A stretch of DNA of 41,493 nucleotides from an uncultured Sulfuritalea sp. (GTDB lineage: Bacteria; Pseudomonadota; Gammaproteobacteria; Burkholderiales; Rhodocyclaceae). Below are positions 21,039 to 28,910 of this stretch, piece after piece. Numbering within the stretch: the first letter of the stretch is position 1; every line of letters begins with the position of its first letter. The DNA lies in the NCBI GenBank assembly GCA_964397005.1, contig CAYNGV010000001.1:1-41493 (forward strand), read 5' to 3'. The notes under the pieces are model-generated. The model was not told the DNA's origin. It ran no database searches and saw only the letters and a program-made list of their open reading frames with translations. The position numbers and the translations under genes are program-made.

Positions 21039-21596
21039 ATGAACTTTTGCAGCGCCTGCGGGGCTCCCGTTTCACTGCGGGTTCCGCCGGGTGATACCCT
21101 GCCGCGCCATGTCTGCGATGCCTGTGGGGCGATCCACTATCGCAACCCGCGCCTGGTGGTCGGGGCGCTCCCGGAATGGGAAGACCGGGTTCTTCTATGC
21201 CGGCGTGCCATCGAGCCGCGCCATGGCAAATGGACCTTGCCGGCCGGCTTCATGGAGAACGGCGAAACCGTCGCCGACGCGGCGGTGCGTGAAACCCTGG
21301 AAGAGGCCTGCGCCCGCATAGAGCTGGGTGAAATGTACACGCTGATCAGCGTGCCGCACATTCATCAGGTGCATGTCGTCTACCGCTCGCGACTGCTCGA
21401 CCTCGATTTTTCTCCCGGCGTGGAAACCCTCGAACTGCGGCTGTTTCGCGAAGATGAAATTCCGTGGGATGAAATCGCCTTTCGCACCATTGCCATCACC
21501 CTCAGGCACTACTTCGCGGATCGGCGTGCCGGCCAGTACCGCTTCCATACCGAAGATCTGACAGATCTGCCCAGGCATCCGACACGTATCGCCTGA
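21039..21596 (+). CDS. NUDIX hydrolase with N-terminal Zn ribbon
   Basis: MNFCSACG..CDACG..HYRNP; Nudix box GFMENGETVADAAVRETLEEA. Confidence 0.92.
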   Translation: MNFCSACGAPVSLRVPPGDTLPRHVCDACGAIHYRNPRLVVGALPEWEDRVLLCRRAIEPRHGKWTLPAGFMENGETVADAAVRETLEEACARIELGEMYTLISVPHIHQVHVVYRSRLLDLDFSPGVETLELRLFREDEIPWDEIAFRTIAITLRHYFADRRAGQYRFHTEDLTDLPRHPTRIA

Positions 21597-22340
21597 TTAC
21601 TGGTCGTCCAGATTGAAGACCACCGGCAACACCACCGCAAACGCCTTGCCGCGCAGGCTTTCGGGCAGCCGTGCGCGCAGGGCGCCGGCATCGATCATGG
21701 CCAGCGCCGCGCGATCCAGCAAATCATGCCCGCTGGAACGGACTACCGTGGCAGTTCGCGGCCGGCCGTCGCCGCCGACTTCGACGCGAATGTCGGCGCT
21801 GCCCTCCCAGCCTGAAGCCATCGCCTGCGCCGGATAGCGCTTGAAGCGCCTGGCTTGGCTCGCCACCGCCAGACGGTAGCCGCGCAGGCCGTCCACCACC
21901 TCGCCTGAAGCGCTGGCTTCCGTGATCAAAACGCCGCTCACCGCTCCCGCTGGTGCCGTGACCGATGGCGGCGCAAGTGCCACGGCGGTCTCGTCTGTCG
22001 CCGGGATCGGCTTGATCGGCGGAACCGCGGGCGCGGTCACCGGCGGAACCAAATCCTGGCTGGCCTGCTCCAATACGCGTTGTCGTGGCGTTGGCGCCGG
22101 CTTTTCAAAAGTCGGCGCTGGCGATACGGCGGGGGGGGGCGGTTTGGCTGTCGCTACAGGTTCGATTGGCCGTTGCGGCGACGGTAACAGCGTGGCGTTA
22201 AGAACCGGGGGAGTATCCTTCGTCAGTACGCGCACCGCGCCTGACCAAAGAACCAGAATGTGCAGGAACACCGAGGCGGCAATCGCATAGCGTAGCCGTC
22301 TTGCAGCTAATGCCCTCATTTCGGTGCTATCAAAAGTCAT
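21597..22340 (-). CDS. TonB-family energy transducer
   Basis: N-terminal TM with SVFLH, Pro-rich linker, YPAQA..GWEG..SSGHDLLDRAAL..VVLPVVF. Confidence 0.85.
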   Translation of the reverse strand: MTFDSTEMRALAARRLRYAIAASVFLHILVLWSGAVRVLTKDTPPVLNATLLPSPQRPIEPVATAKPPPPAVSPAPTFEKPAPTPRQRVLEQASQDLVPPVTAPAVPPIKPIPATDETAVALAPPSVTAPAGAVSGVLITEASASGEVVDGLRGYRLAVASQARRFKRYPAQAMASGWEGSADIRVEVGGDGRPRTATVVRSSGHDLLDRAALAMIDAGALRARLPESLRGKAFAVVLPVVFNLDDQ

Positions 22341-22381
22341 TCCGCTCTGCTAAATTCTCGGCAATACAGGATTCTATAGAG

Positions 22382-22957
22382 ATGAGTATCCATCCGCTGA
22401 TCCTTACCCTCGACCAGCACGGTGTCCCCCACCGCTGGGTGAGTTGGCAGCATGCCTGCATTTACGTCGCGCGTGACCTGGTGGCGTGGGATGCGGGGGA
22501 TACGTTTTTCGTTTTCCACGGCGGCACCAACCGGGTGACCGGCGAGCGCTCCGAACTGGCCACCAGCAGCATCATCGCGATACGCGGCAAGGCGCTTTCG
22601 GGAAAATCGCTGCACCCGACCCCGCCCCTGTCGAACCGCGAGCTGTTCCACCGCGACCGCCACATCTGCGCCTATTGCGCGAGAGAATTCTCCTCGCAGC
22701 GGCTCACCCGCGACCATGTCATGCCGGTCTCGCAGGGCGGGCGCGACACCTGGATGAACGTGGTCACCGCCTGCCGCCACTGCAACCAGACCAAGAGCGG
22801 CCGCACCCCGGAGCAGGCGCACATGGAACTGGTCTATGCGCCTTACGTCCCCAACAAGGCCGAATACCTGATCCTCTGCAACCGTAATATCCTGGCGGAT
22901 CAGATGGACTTTCTGGCTCGCCACGTTCCGTCGCAAAGCCGCGTTCGCGCGGCCTGA
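22382..22957 (+). CDS. HNH endonuclease family protein (191 aa)
   Basis: RDRHICAYC, TRDHVMP..GG..WMNVVTACRHCNQTK; start set at ATG 22382. Confidence 0.9.
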   Translation: MSIHPLILTLDQHGVPHRWVSWQHACIYVARDLVAWDAGDTFFVFHGGTNRVTGERSELATSSIIAIRGKALSGKSLHPTPPLSNRELFHRDRHICAYCAREFSSQRLTRDHVMPVSQGGRDTWMNVVTACRHCNQTKSGRTPEQAHMELVYAPYVPNKAEYLILCNRNILADQMDFLARHVPSQSRVRAA

Positions 22958-22966
22958 TCCTCCGCA

Positions 22967-25276
22967 ATGGCCATCACCGCCGTAGCGGCCAAGCCGCTGA
23001 CTTCCTATCGCAAGTACTGGGCGCAGCGCTTCGGCATCGCACCCTTCCTGCCCATGTCGCGTGCCGAAATGGAAGCGCTGGGCTGGGACGAATGCGACAT
23101 CATCCTGGTCACCGGCGACGCCTATATCGACCATCCCAGCTTCGGCATGGCGCTGGTCGGCCGGCTGCTTGAAGCGCAGGGCTTTCGCGTCGGCATCATC
23201 AGCCAGCCCGACTGGCAATCGGCGGACAACTTCAAGCGCCTGGGCCGACCGAAACTGTTTTTCGGCATCACCGCCGGCAACATGGATTCGATGGTCAACC
23301 GCTACACCTCGGACCGCAAGATCCGCTCCGATGACGCCTACACGCCCGACGCCGCACCCGGCCGCCGCCCCGACCGCGCCGTGATCGTGTATGCGCAGCG
23401 CGCCCGCGAGGCTTTCGCCGACGTACCGCTGGTGATCGGCAGCATCGAGGCGTCCTTGCGCCGCATCGCGCACTACGACTACTGGTCGGACAAGGTGCGG
23501 CGCTCGATCCTGCCGCATTCCAAGGCCGACCTGCTGATCTTCGGCAATGCCGAGCGCGCGCTGGTGGACCTCGCCCATCGCCTGGCGAAAGGCGAAAAAA
23601 TCGGCGACATCCGCGACCTGCGCGGTACCGCCTTCATGGTGCCGCACGGCTGGCTGCCGGGACCGGAATGGAGCGAGGCCGACTCGACCACCGTGGATAC
23701 GCCGGGCGCCGTGCATCCCCATCCCGATCCCTATGCGATGGAAGCTGAAAAACAGAGCCAAAAACTCGGCGCTGGAGACGAACCGAAGGGAGTGCAGAGC
23801 CAGGCGATCGTGCGCGTCGTCAGCAAGGCTGAAAGGCTCGCGGCGACCAAGCAAGCGCGCGCTCACACCGCCATCCGCCTCCCCTCCTACGAGCAGGTGC
23901 GCGACGACCCGGTGCTCTATGCCCATGCCTCGCGCACTTTCCACCTCGAATCCAACCCCGGCAATGCCCGCGCGCTGATTCAGGCCCACGGCGAAGGCGC
24001 GGGGGTGCGCGACGTCTGGCTCAACCCGCCGCCGATTCCGCTGACCACCGAAGAGATGGACCACGTCTTCGGCCTGCCCTTTGCCCGCGCGCCGCATCCG
24101 GCATATAACGCAAACTCGGGCGACGCGAAAATCCCGGCGTGGGAGATGATCCGCTTCTCGATCAACATCATGCGCGGCTGCTTCGGCGGCTGCACCTTCT
24201 GCTCCATCACCGAACATGAAGGCCGCATCATCCAGAGCCGCTCGGAAGATTCGATCCTGCACGAAATCGAACAAATCCGCGACAAGACACCCGGCTTCAC
24301 CGGCGTCATCTCCGATCTGGGCGGGCCGACCGCCAACATGTATCGCATGGCTTGCAAGGACAAGGCCATCGAGTCCGCCTGCCGCCGGCTTTCCTGCGTC
24401 TATCCCGATATCTGCCCGAACATGAACACCGACCACGCGCCGCTGGTCTCGGTCTATCGCAAGGCGCGCGCCCTGCCCGGCATCAAGAAGATCCTGATCA
24501 GTTCCGGCCTGCGCTACGACCTCGCGGTGCGCTCGCCCGAGTACGTCAAGGAACTGGTGACTCACCACGTCGGCGGCTACCTGAAGATCGCGCCCGAGCA
24601 TGTCCAGGAAGGCCCGCTGTCGAAAATGATGAAGCCGGGCATCGGCGCCTACGAACGCTTCAAGCAGATGTTCGACAAGTTCTCGAAGGAGGCCGGCAAG
24701 GAGCAGTACCTGATTCCCTACTTCATCGCCGCGCATCCGGGTACCACCGACGAAGACATGCTGGAACTCGCGCTGTGGCTGAAGAAGAACGGCTTCCGCC
24801 TCGATCAGGTGCAGACCTTCCTGCCAACACCGCTGGCCATCGCCACGGCGATGTGGCACACGGAGAAGAATCCGCTGCGCAAGGTCACGGCCGATTCCGA
24901 AGGCGTTGCAGTAGTGCGAGGCGGCAGGCAACGCAAACTGCAGAAAGCATTTTTGCGCTACCACGACCCGGCCAACTGGCCGCTGCTGCGCGAAGCCTTG
25001 AAGAGCATGGGCCGCGCCGACCTGATCGGGCCGGGCAAGCGGCATCTGGTTCCGCCCTGGCAACCGGCCGGAACCGGCATGTCGTCACCATCAGGCCAAC
25101 ACCACCACGCCTCCCCTCACCCCAAAAAGATATGCAAAGCGGTATCCCCTGGTGGGACGGCGCCGGCGACACGGCGATCCACGCCCGCCGCCCCGGCCAA
25201 ACCCGGCAAAGCCGCGCCGCCGCGCCGTCATCCGGACGTGCCGCGTCATCCGCTCTCGCGCCGCAAGGGCGGCTGA
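22967..25276 (+). CDS. ygiQ: YgiQ family (UPF0313) radical SAM protein
   Basis: [24 protein letters not shown], CxxxCxx[29 protein letters not shown]. Confidence 0.93.
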   Translation: MAITAVAAKPLTSYRKYWAQRFGIAPFLPMSRAEMEALGWDECDIILVTGDAYIDHPSFGMALVGRLLEAQGFRVGIISQPDWQSADNFKRLGRPKLFFGITAGNMDSMVNRYTSDRKIRSDDAYTPDAAPGRRPDRAVIVYAQRAREAFADVPLVIGSIEASLRRIAHYDYWSDKVRRSILPHSKADLLIFGNAERALVDLAHRLAKGEKIGDIRDLRGTAFMVPHGWLPGPEWSEADSTTVDTPGAVHPHPDPYAMEAEKQSQKLGAGDEPKGVQSQAIVRVVSKAERLAATKQARAHTAIRLPSYEQVRDDPVLYAHASRTFHLESNPGNARALIQAHGEGAGVRDVWLNPPPIPLTTEEMDHVFGLPFARAPHPAYNANSGDAKIPAWEMIRFSINIMRGCFGGCTFCSITEHEGRIIQSRSEDSILHEIEQIRDKTPGFTGVISDLGGPTANMYRMACKDKAIESACRRLSCVYPDICPNMNTDHAPLVSVYRKARALPGIKKILISSGLRYDLAVRSPEYVKELVTHHVGGYLKIAPEHVQEGPLSKMMKPGIGAYERFKQMFDKFSKEAGKEQYLIPYFIAAHPGTTDEDMLELALWLKKNGFRLDQVQTFLPTPLAIATAMWHTEKNPLRKVTADSEGVAVVRGGRQRKLQKAFLRYHDPANWPLLREALKSMGRADLIGPGKRHLVPPWQPAGTGMSSPSGQHHHASPHPKKICKAVSPGGTAPATRRSTPAAPAKPGKAAPPRRHPDVPRHPLSRRKGG

Positions 25277-25284
25277 GGGCCGAT

Positions 25285-25515
25285 TCAAGGCAAGGCAGCT
25301 TGGGGAATTATCGCCAAGGCAATTTTTGCGCCGGCGGTATAAAACTTTCCCTTGTCGACGTCCTCGATATCAGTGACAAGGTCGCCTATCCAGTCGAGAT
25401 GATTGGCAATAAAGTCACTTCGGGCATTTCCGTTTTTGTTGATCAGCAAGAATGACATGTATTCCAACTCAAGCGCCACATGGTCGGGCATGGAGGACAG
25501 TCCATCAGGTATCAC
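25285..25515 (-). pseudogene. C-terminal fragment of a TorD/DmsD-family molybdoenzyme chaperone
   Basis: [15 protein letters not shown] and FIANHLDWI motifs, but only 76 aa with no N-terminal half or SD; lower GC than the flanks. Confidence 0.7.
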
Positions 25516-25555
25516 GATGCGTGGCGTTGTAATCGAGATAGATTGGTGGGTTCAT
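25505..25555 (-). pseudogene. N-terminal remnant of an IscS/NifS-type cysteine desulfurase (MNPPIYLDYNATHRDT*)
   Basis: ATG overlaps the upstream stop (ATGA); IYLDYNAT matches the class V PLP desulfurase N-terminal motif (IYLDxNATTP); homology ends after codon 12. Confidence 0.72.
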
Positions 25556-26016
25556 TTTGCGTCGCCTGATCTGGCGTTTGCCCCTGTTTCGGTTGATACG
25601 AGGGAACTCGATACTTTGCGGCACATCGGTCCCTCGACCGGGTTCATCGCGCTTTGCACGATGGCCGAGACGAGTTCATGGATTTCCTCGACGCTGAAAT
25701 GCTCGAAGAGGCGACGCGCCTGGACCGCGGGAAGCTGCACGACGCGCGGCGAACCGTCCGCCAGCGTGGCGGTGACCCGCATCAGGCTCCGTGCGCTGTC
25801 GTCGCCGGCAGATTCCATCAGGCTGACCTGTTCTGCCATCAGTGCCTGGTATTCATCCTCGATGGCCTGCTCGATGTCATCCGCCAGATCGCCCGGCAAG
25901 GCGACCACGAAACCCTCGATCGGATCGGGGCGGACCTGGCTTGCGAGCCCGTGCCCGCTGATGAATTTCACGAAGCGCGTGCACAGCGCCGCGTCGAACA
26001 GGATGTATTCGTTCAT
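25552..26016 (-). CDS. Hypothetical protein (154 aa, acidic)
   Basis: ATG 5 nt after the upstream stop, protein-like composition; no family recognised with confidence. Confidence 0.7.
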   Translation of the reverse strand: MNEYILFDAALCTRFVKFISGHGLASQVRPDPIEGFVVALPGDLADDIEQAIEDEYQALMAEQVSLMESAGDDSARSLMRVTATLADGSPRVVQLPAVQARRLFEHFSVEEIHELVSAIVQSAMNPVEGPMCRKVSSSLVSTETGANARSGDAK

Positions 26017-26021
26017 GGTGC

Positions 26022-27182
26022 TCAGCCCAGCGCCTGCTCCAGATCAGCGATCAGGTCCGCGGCATCTTCCAGACCGATAGAAAGGCGCAGCATGGCATCG
26101 GAGATGCCGCGCCGCGCGCGCTCTTCGGCCGGCAAGCCGTGATGGGTGGTGGTGCAGGGCTGCGTCACCAGGCTTTCGGCGCCACCCAGGCTGGGCGCCA
26201 GCGCGAAAAGTTTGAGGCGATCGGCGACGCGCGTGGCCGCTGCGCCGCCGCCCTTGACTTCGATCGTCAGCATGCCGCCGAAGCCCTGCATTTGCGCCTT
26301 GGCCAGTTCATGGCCGGGAAAGTCGGGCAGGCCCGGGAAATAGACGCGGGCAACCTGTGCATGGCGCGTCATGGCCTCGGCCACTACCTGGGCGCTGCGG
26401 TTTTGGCGTTCGACGCGCACCGCCAGCGTGCGCAGGCTGCGCGAGAGCAGGGCCGCGGTTTCTGGCGCGATCATCGAACCGAGATTTTTGCGCCAGCCCC
26501 AGACCGGCATCAGGAGTTCCTTGCTGCCGGCCAGCACGCCGGCCGTGAGGTCGGAATGACCGCCGAGATATTTTGTCGCGCTGTGCACCACGAAATCGGC
26601 GCCGAGCGCCAAGGGCGACTGGTTGACCGGCGAGGCGAAGGTATTGTCGACCGCCAGCAAGGCGGCATGACGATGGCACATGTCGGCGATGCGCCGGATG
26701 TCGAGCACTTCGAGCGTCGGGTTGGTCGGCGTTTCGAGGAAGACGAGGCCGCAGCCGTCCGCGAGGCGACTTTCAGCAACCTCAAGTTCGCTGCCGAGCA
26801 GCAGGTGAGTGCGGATGCCGAGCATGCCGATTTGCGTGCCGAGCAGCTCCAGCGTGCCGCCATAGGCATCGCCCAGGCAAACAATGCCTTCACGGCCATG
26901 GGCGAAGAACAGCGCCGCTTCCGCGGCCATGCCGGAGCAGAAGGCCCAGGCCATTTCCGCTCCTTCGAGGCTGGCAAGCTTGGCCTCCAGTGCCTGGATG
27001 GTCGGGTTGAGACCGTAGCGGGTGTACAGGCTGCCCGGCTTCCTGCCGTCGACCACGTCGAGCAGGTCGGCGGTGGACGGAAACTTGAACGTCGTGGTGT
27101 TGTAGATCGGCGTGTGCGGCGATCCGTGCGCATCCTCGATTTCGCCGGCATGGACACAACGGGTGGATAGGCCTTCATTCAT
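26022..27182 (-). CDS. PLP-dependent Cys/Met metabolism enzyme (cystathionine gamma-synthase/lyase or methionine gamma-lyase family)
   Basis: YTRYGLNPT, SGMAA, ETPTNP, VDNTF, HSATKYLGGHSD (PLP Lys), SLGGAESL, RLSIGLED. Confidence 0.93.
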   Translation of the reverse strand: MNEGLSTRCVHAGEIEDAHGSPHTPIYNTTTFKFPSTADLLDVVDGRKPGSLYTRYGLNPTIQALEAKLASLEGAEMAWAFCSGMAAEAALFFAHGREGIVCLGDAYGGTLELLGTQIGMLGIRTHLLLGSELEVAESRLADGCGLVFLETPTNPTLEVLDIRRIADMCHRHAALLAVDNTFASPVNQSPLALGADFVVHSATKYLGGHSDLTAGVLAGSKELLMPVWGWRKNLGSMIAPETAALLSRSLRTLAVRVERQNRSAQVVAEAMTRHAQVARVYFPGLPDFPGHELAKAQMQGFGGMLTIEVKGGGAAATRVADRLKLFALAPSLGGAESLVTQPCTTTHHGLPAEERARRGISDAMLRLSIGLEDAADLIADLEQALG

Positions 27183-27198
27183 CGAATTTCTCCTTGTT

Positions 27199-27909
27199 CT
27201 AGAACTGCAAAGTTTGCCAAGCCAGCGTGACCGCCTTGAATCCGTCCCGCTCCTGATTCTGCCCGTTCCAGACCGCGAAGGCTATCGGCTGGCGAGCACC
27301 CGCCGCCTTAAACAGCGCCGCCGCCTGGGGCTCAGGCGACCGCCAGGCGCGGAAGAACACTACCCGCCATTTGCCGTCGGCATGGCGGCCGTAGGCCCTG
27401 ACATCCTGGACGGGCAGTCGGGCCAGGGTGCCGAAACCATCGGCCATCAGGTTTTCCGCCGAATTCCTCGCCGCGTTCCAGTACCAGATGTTAACGGTTT
27501 GCCCTCCGCCACCCATGAACGGGGCGGTGCTTGCCTTGCCGCTGCGCGGGAACTGGAGTGCCGCGCCATCGGCAAAACGCGCCGTTTCCAGCCGTGCGTC
27601 GGCCTCGGCGTCAACCCATTCCAGCCTTACCAGCAGCCCGGTGGCGGTGCGCAAGGCCTTGACCTCGGCGTTCGGCGTAAGGGCGGTGCCGACGATGGAA
27701 GGATGACCGGGAAAAGCGGTGGCGAGTTGTACCGTTGTCGCCGGCGCCTTGTCCCAGAGCGGGTGATCGAGGTCACGTTCGGTAAGCGCGCTCGTGGCCT
27801 GTCCCGTCTTGATCACGGCGGGCTGTTCCTCGGCGACGGCGGCCAGCGGCAGCGCCGCGCATGCGGCGAACCAGGTCGCGGCCGGTATCTGGCGCCAGCC
27901 CCGCCTCAC
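27199..27909 (-). CDS. Heme-b gamma subunit of a type II DMSO-reductase-family enzyme (EbdC/SerC-like, 236 aa)
   Basis: GTG overlaps the beta stop (GTGA); signal peptide; FADGAALQFP, PFMG (Met ligand), VNIWYW, IAFAVWNG..ERDGFK (Lys ligand). Confidence 0.88.
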   Translation of the reverse strand: MRRGWRQIPAATWFAACAALPLAAVAEEQPAVIKTGQATSALTERDLDHPLWDKAPATTVQLATAFPGHPSIVGTALTPNAEVKALRTATGLLVRLEWVDAEADARLETARFADGAALQFPRSGKASTAPFMGGGGQTVNIWYWNAARNSAENLMADGFGTLARLPVQDVRAYGRHADGKWRVVFFRAWRSPEPQAAALFKAAGARQPIAFAVWNGQNQERDGFKAVTLAWQTLQF

Positions 27910-28910
27910 GGTCGCTGCTCCGGCGGCCGGCCAAGGCGGAACATGTCGCCGTGCTTGTAGGCGATCAGCATATCCATGAGCTCCGACGCTTCGCCCTTTT
28001 CCTTGCGCGCGATTTCCCTCTGCAGCACCGCCAGCGCGTCCTTCACGGCGGGACCGAACAGTTCCACCAGATAGTCGTCCGGAATGCGCGATTGGCCGGT
28101 CGGCCGGCCTGAGGCGTCGAAGGTCGAAGGTGACAGCGGCGGCACGTAATAGACGTTGGGCTGGGTGCCGTGCTCGGGGTGCAGCGGCAGCGCCACCTTC
28201 CATTCATGCACCAGCCTGTAGGCGGCGCCGGCCTTGTCGTCGAGGTAGGACACGTGCCGCGCGCGGCCGACGCACTGGTGGGCGCAGGCCTGCGCGATGC
28301 CCTGCTCGACGCGCGGATAGCAGAAGATGCATTTCTCCGAACGGCCGGCCAGCGGATTGAAGTAGATCTTCTTGTAGGGGCAGGCGGCGACGCAGTAGCG
28401 ATAGCCGCGGCAGCGCTCCTGGTCGATCAGCACGATGCCGTCTTCCTCGCGCTTGGAAATCGCCTGGCGCGGGCAGGCCGCGAGGCAGGCGGGCTTGGTG
28501 CAGTGGTTGCACAGGCGCGGCAGGTAGAAGAAGTAGCCGTTGGGGAACTCGCCCTTGCCCTGATCCTCTTCCCAGTTCGGGCCCCACTGCATGGGTTCGG
28601 TCGGGCGCAGCGGCTGTTCGCCTTCCTTGAACAGCGTCGCGTCGTAGCTGAAGTCGGCGGGAATGCCGTAGTCCTCGGCCAGTCGCGGCAGCCGGCCGGG
28701 CTTGAGCTTGTCGCCGCCCGCCTCCCAGCCGCCGCCGGCCTGCTCCCAGTCGCGCGGGTAGCCCTTGCCCGGCCGGGTCTCGACATGGTTCCAGTACATG
28801 AACTCGCGCCCGCCGCGATCCGTCCATTGCGACTTGCAGGCGAGCGTGCAGGTCTGGCAGCCGATGCACTTGTTGAGGTCGATGACCATGGCCAATTGAC
28901 GCGCGCTCAT
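27906..28910 (-). CDS. Iron-sulfur beta subunit (NarH/EbdB/SerB-like, 334 aa)
   Basis: ATG overlaps the alpha stop; DLNKCIGCQTCTLAC, CNHCTKPACLAAC, CRGYRYCVAAC (3Fe-4S type), CIFC..CAHQC; PEHGTQPNVYYVPP. Confidence 0.94.
   Translation of the reverse strand: MSARQLAMVIDLNKCIGCQTCTLACKSQWTDRGGREFMYWNHVETRPGKGYPRDWEQAGGGWEAGGDKLKPGRLPRLAEDYGIPADFSYDATLFKEGEQPLRPTEPMQWGPNWEEDQGKGEFPNGYFFYLPRLCNHCTKPACLAACPRQAISKREEDGIVLIDQERCRGYRYCVAACPYKKIYFNPLAGRSEKCIFCYPRVEQGIAQACAHQCVGRARHVSYLDDKAGAAYRLVHEWKVALPLHPEHGTQPNVYYVPPLSPSTFDASGRPTGQSRIPDDYLVELFGPAVKDALAVLQREIARKEKGEASELMDMLIAYKHGDMFRLGRPPEQRP

Noticed and set aside
22131-22139. G9 homopolymer in the tonB-like gene as a phase-variation tract
   Set aside because: It encodes the Pro run of the linker and the frame is intact; there is no other support.
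22382-22957. HNH nuclease as a defence or mobile element
   Set aside because: Stand-alone, host-like composition, next to ygiQ, with no methylase, repeats or mobility genes.
25285-26016. The 154-aa ORF and the TorD fragment are in frame across a single TGA (25552-25554), suggesting selenocysteine or readthrough
   Set aside because: The bases after the TGA encode the IYLDYNAT desulfurase start in another frame, the upstream protein is not TorD-like, and no SECIS-like hairpin is evident; a deletion scar explains it better.
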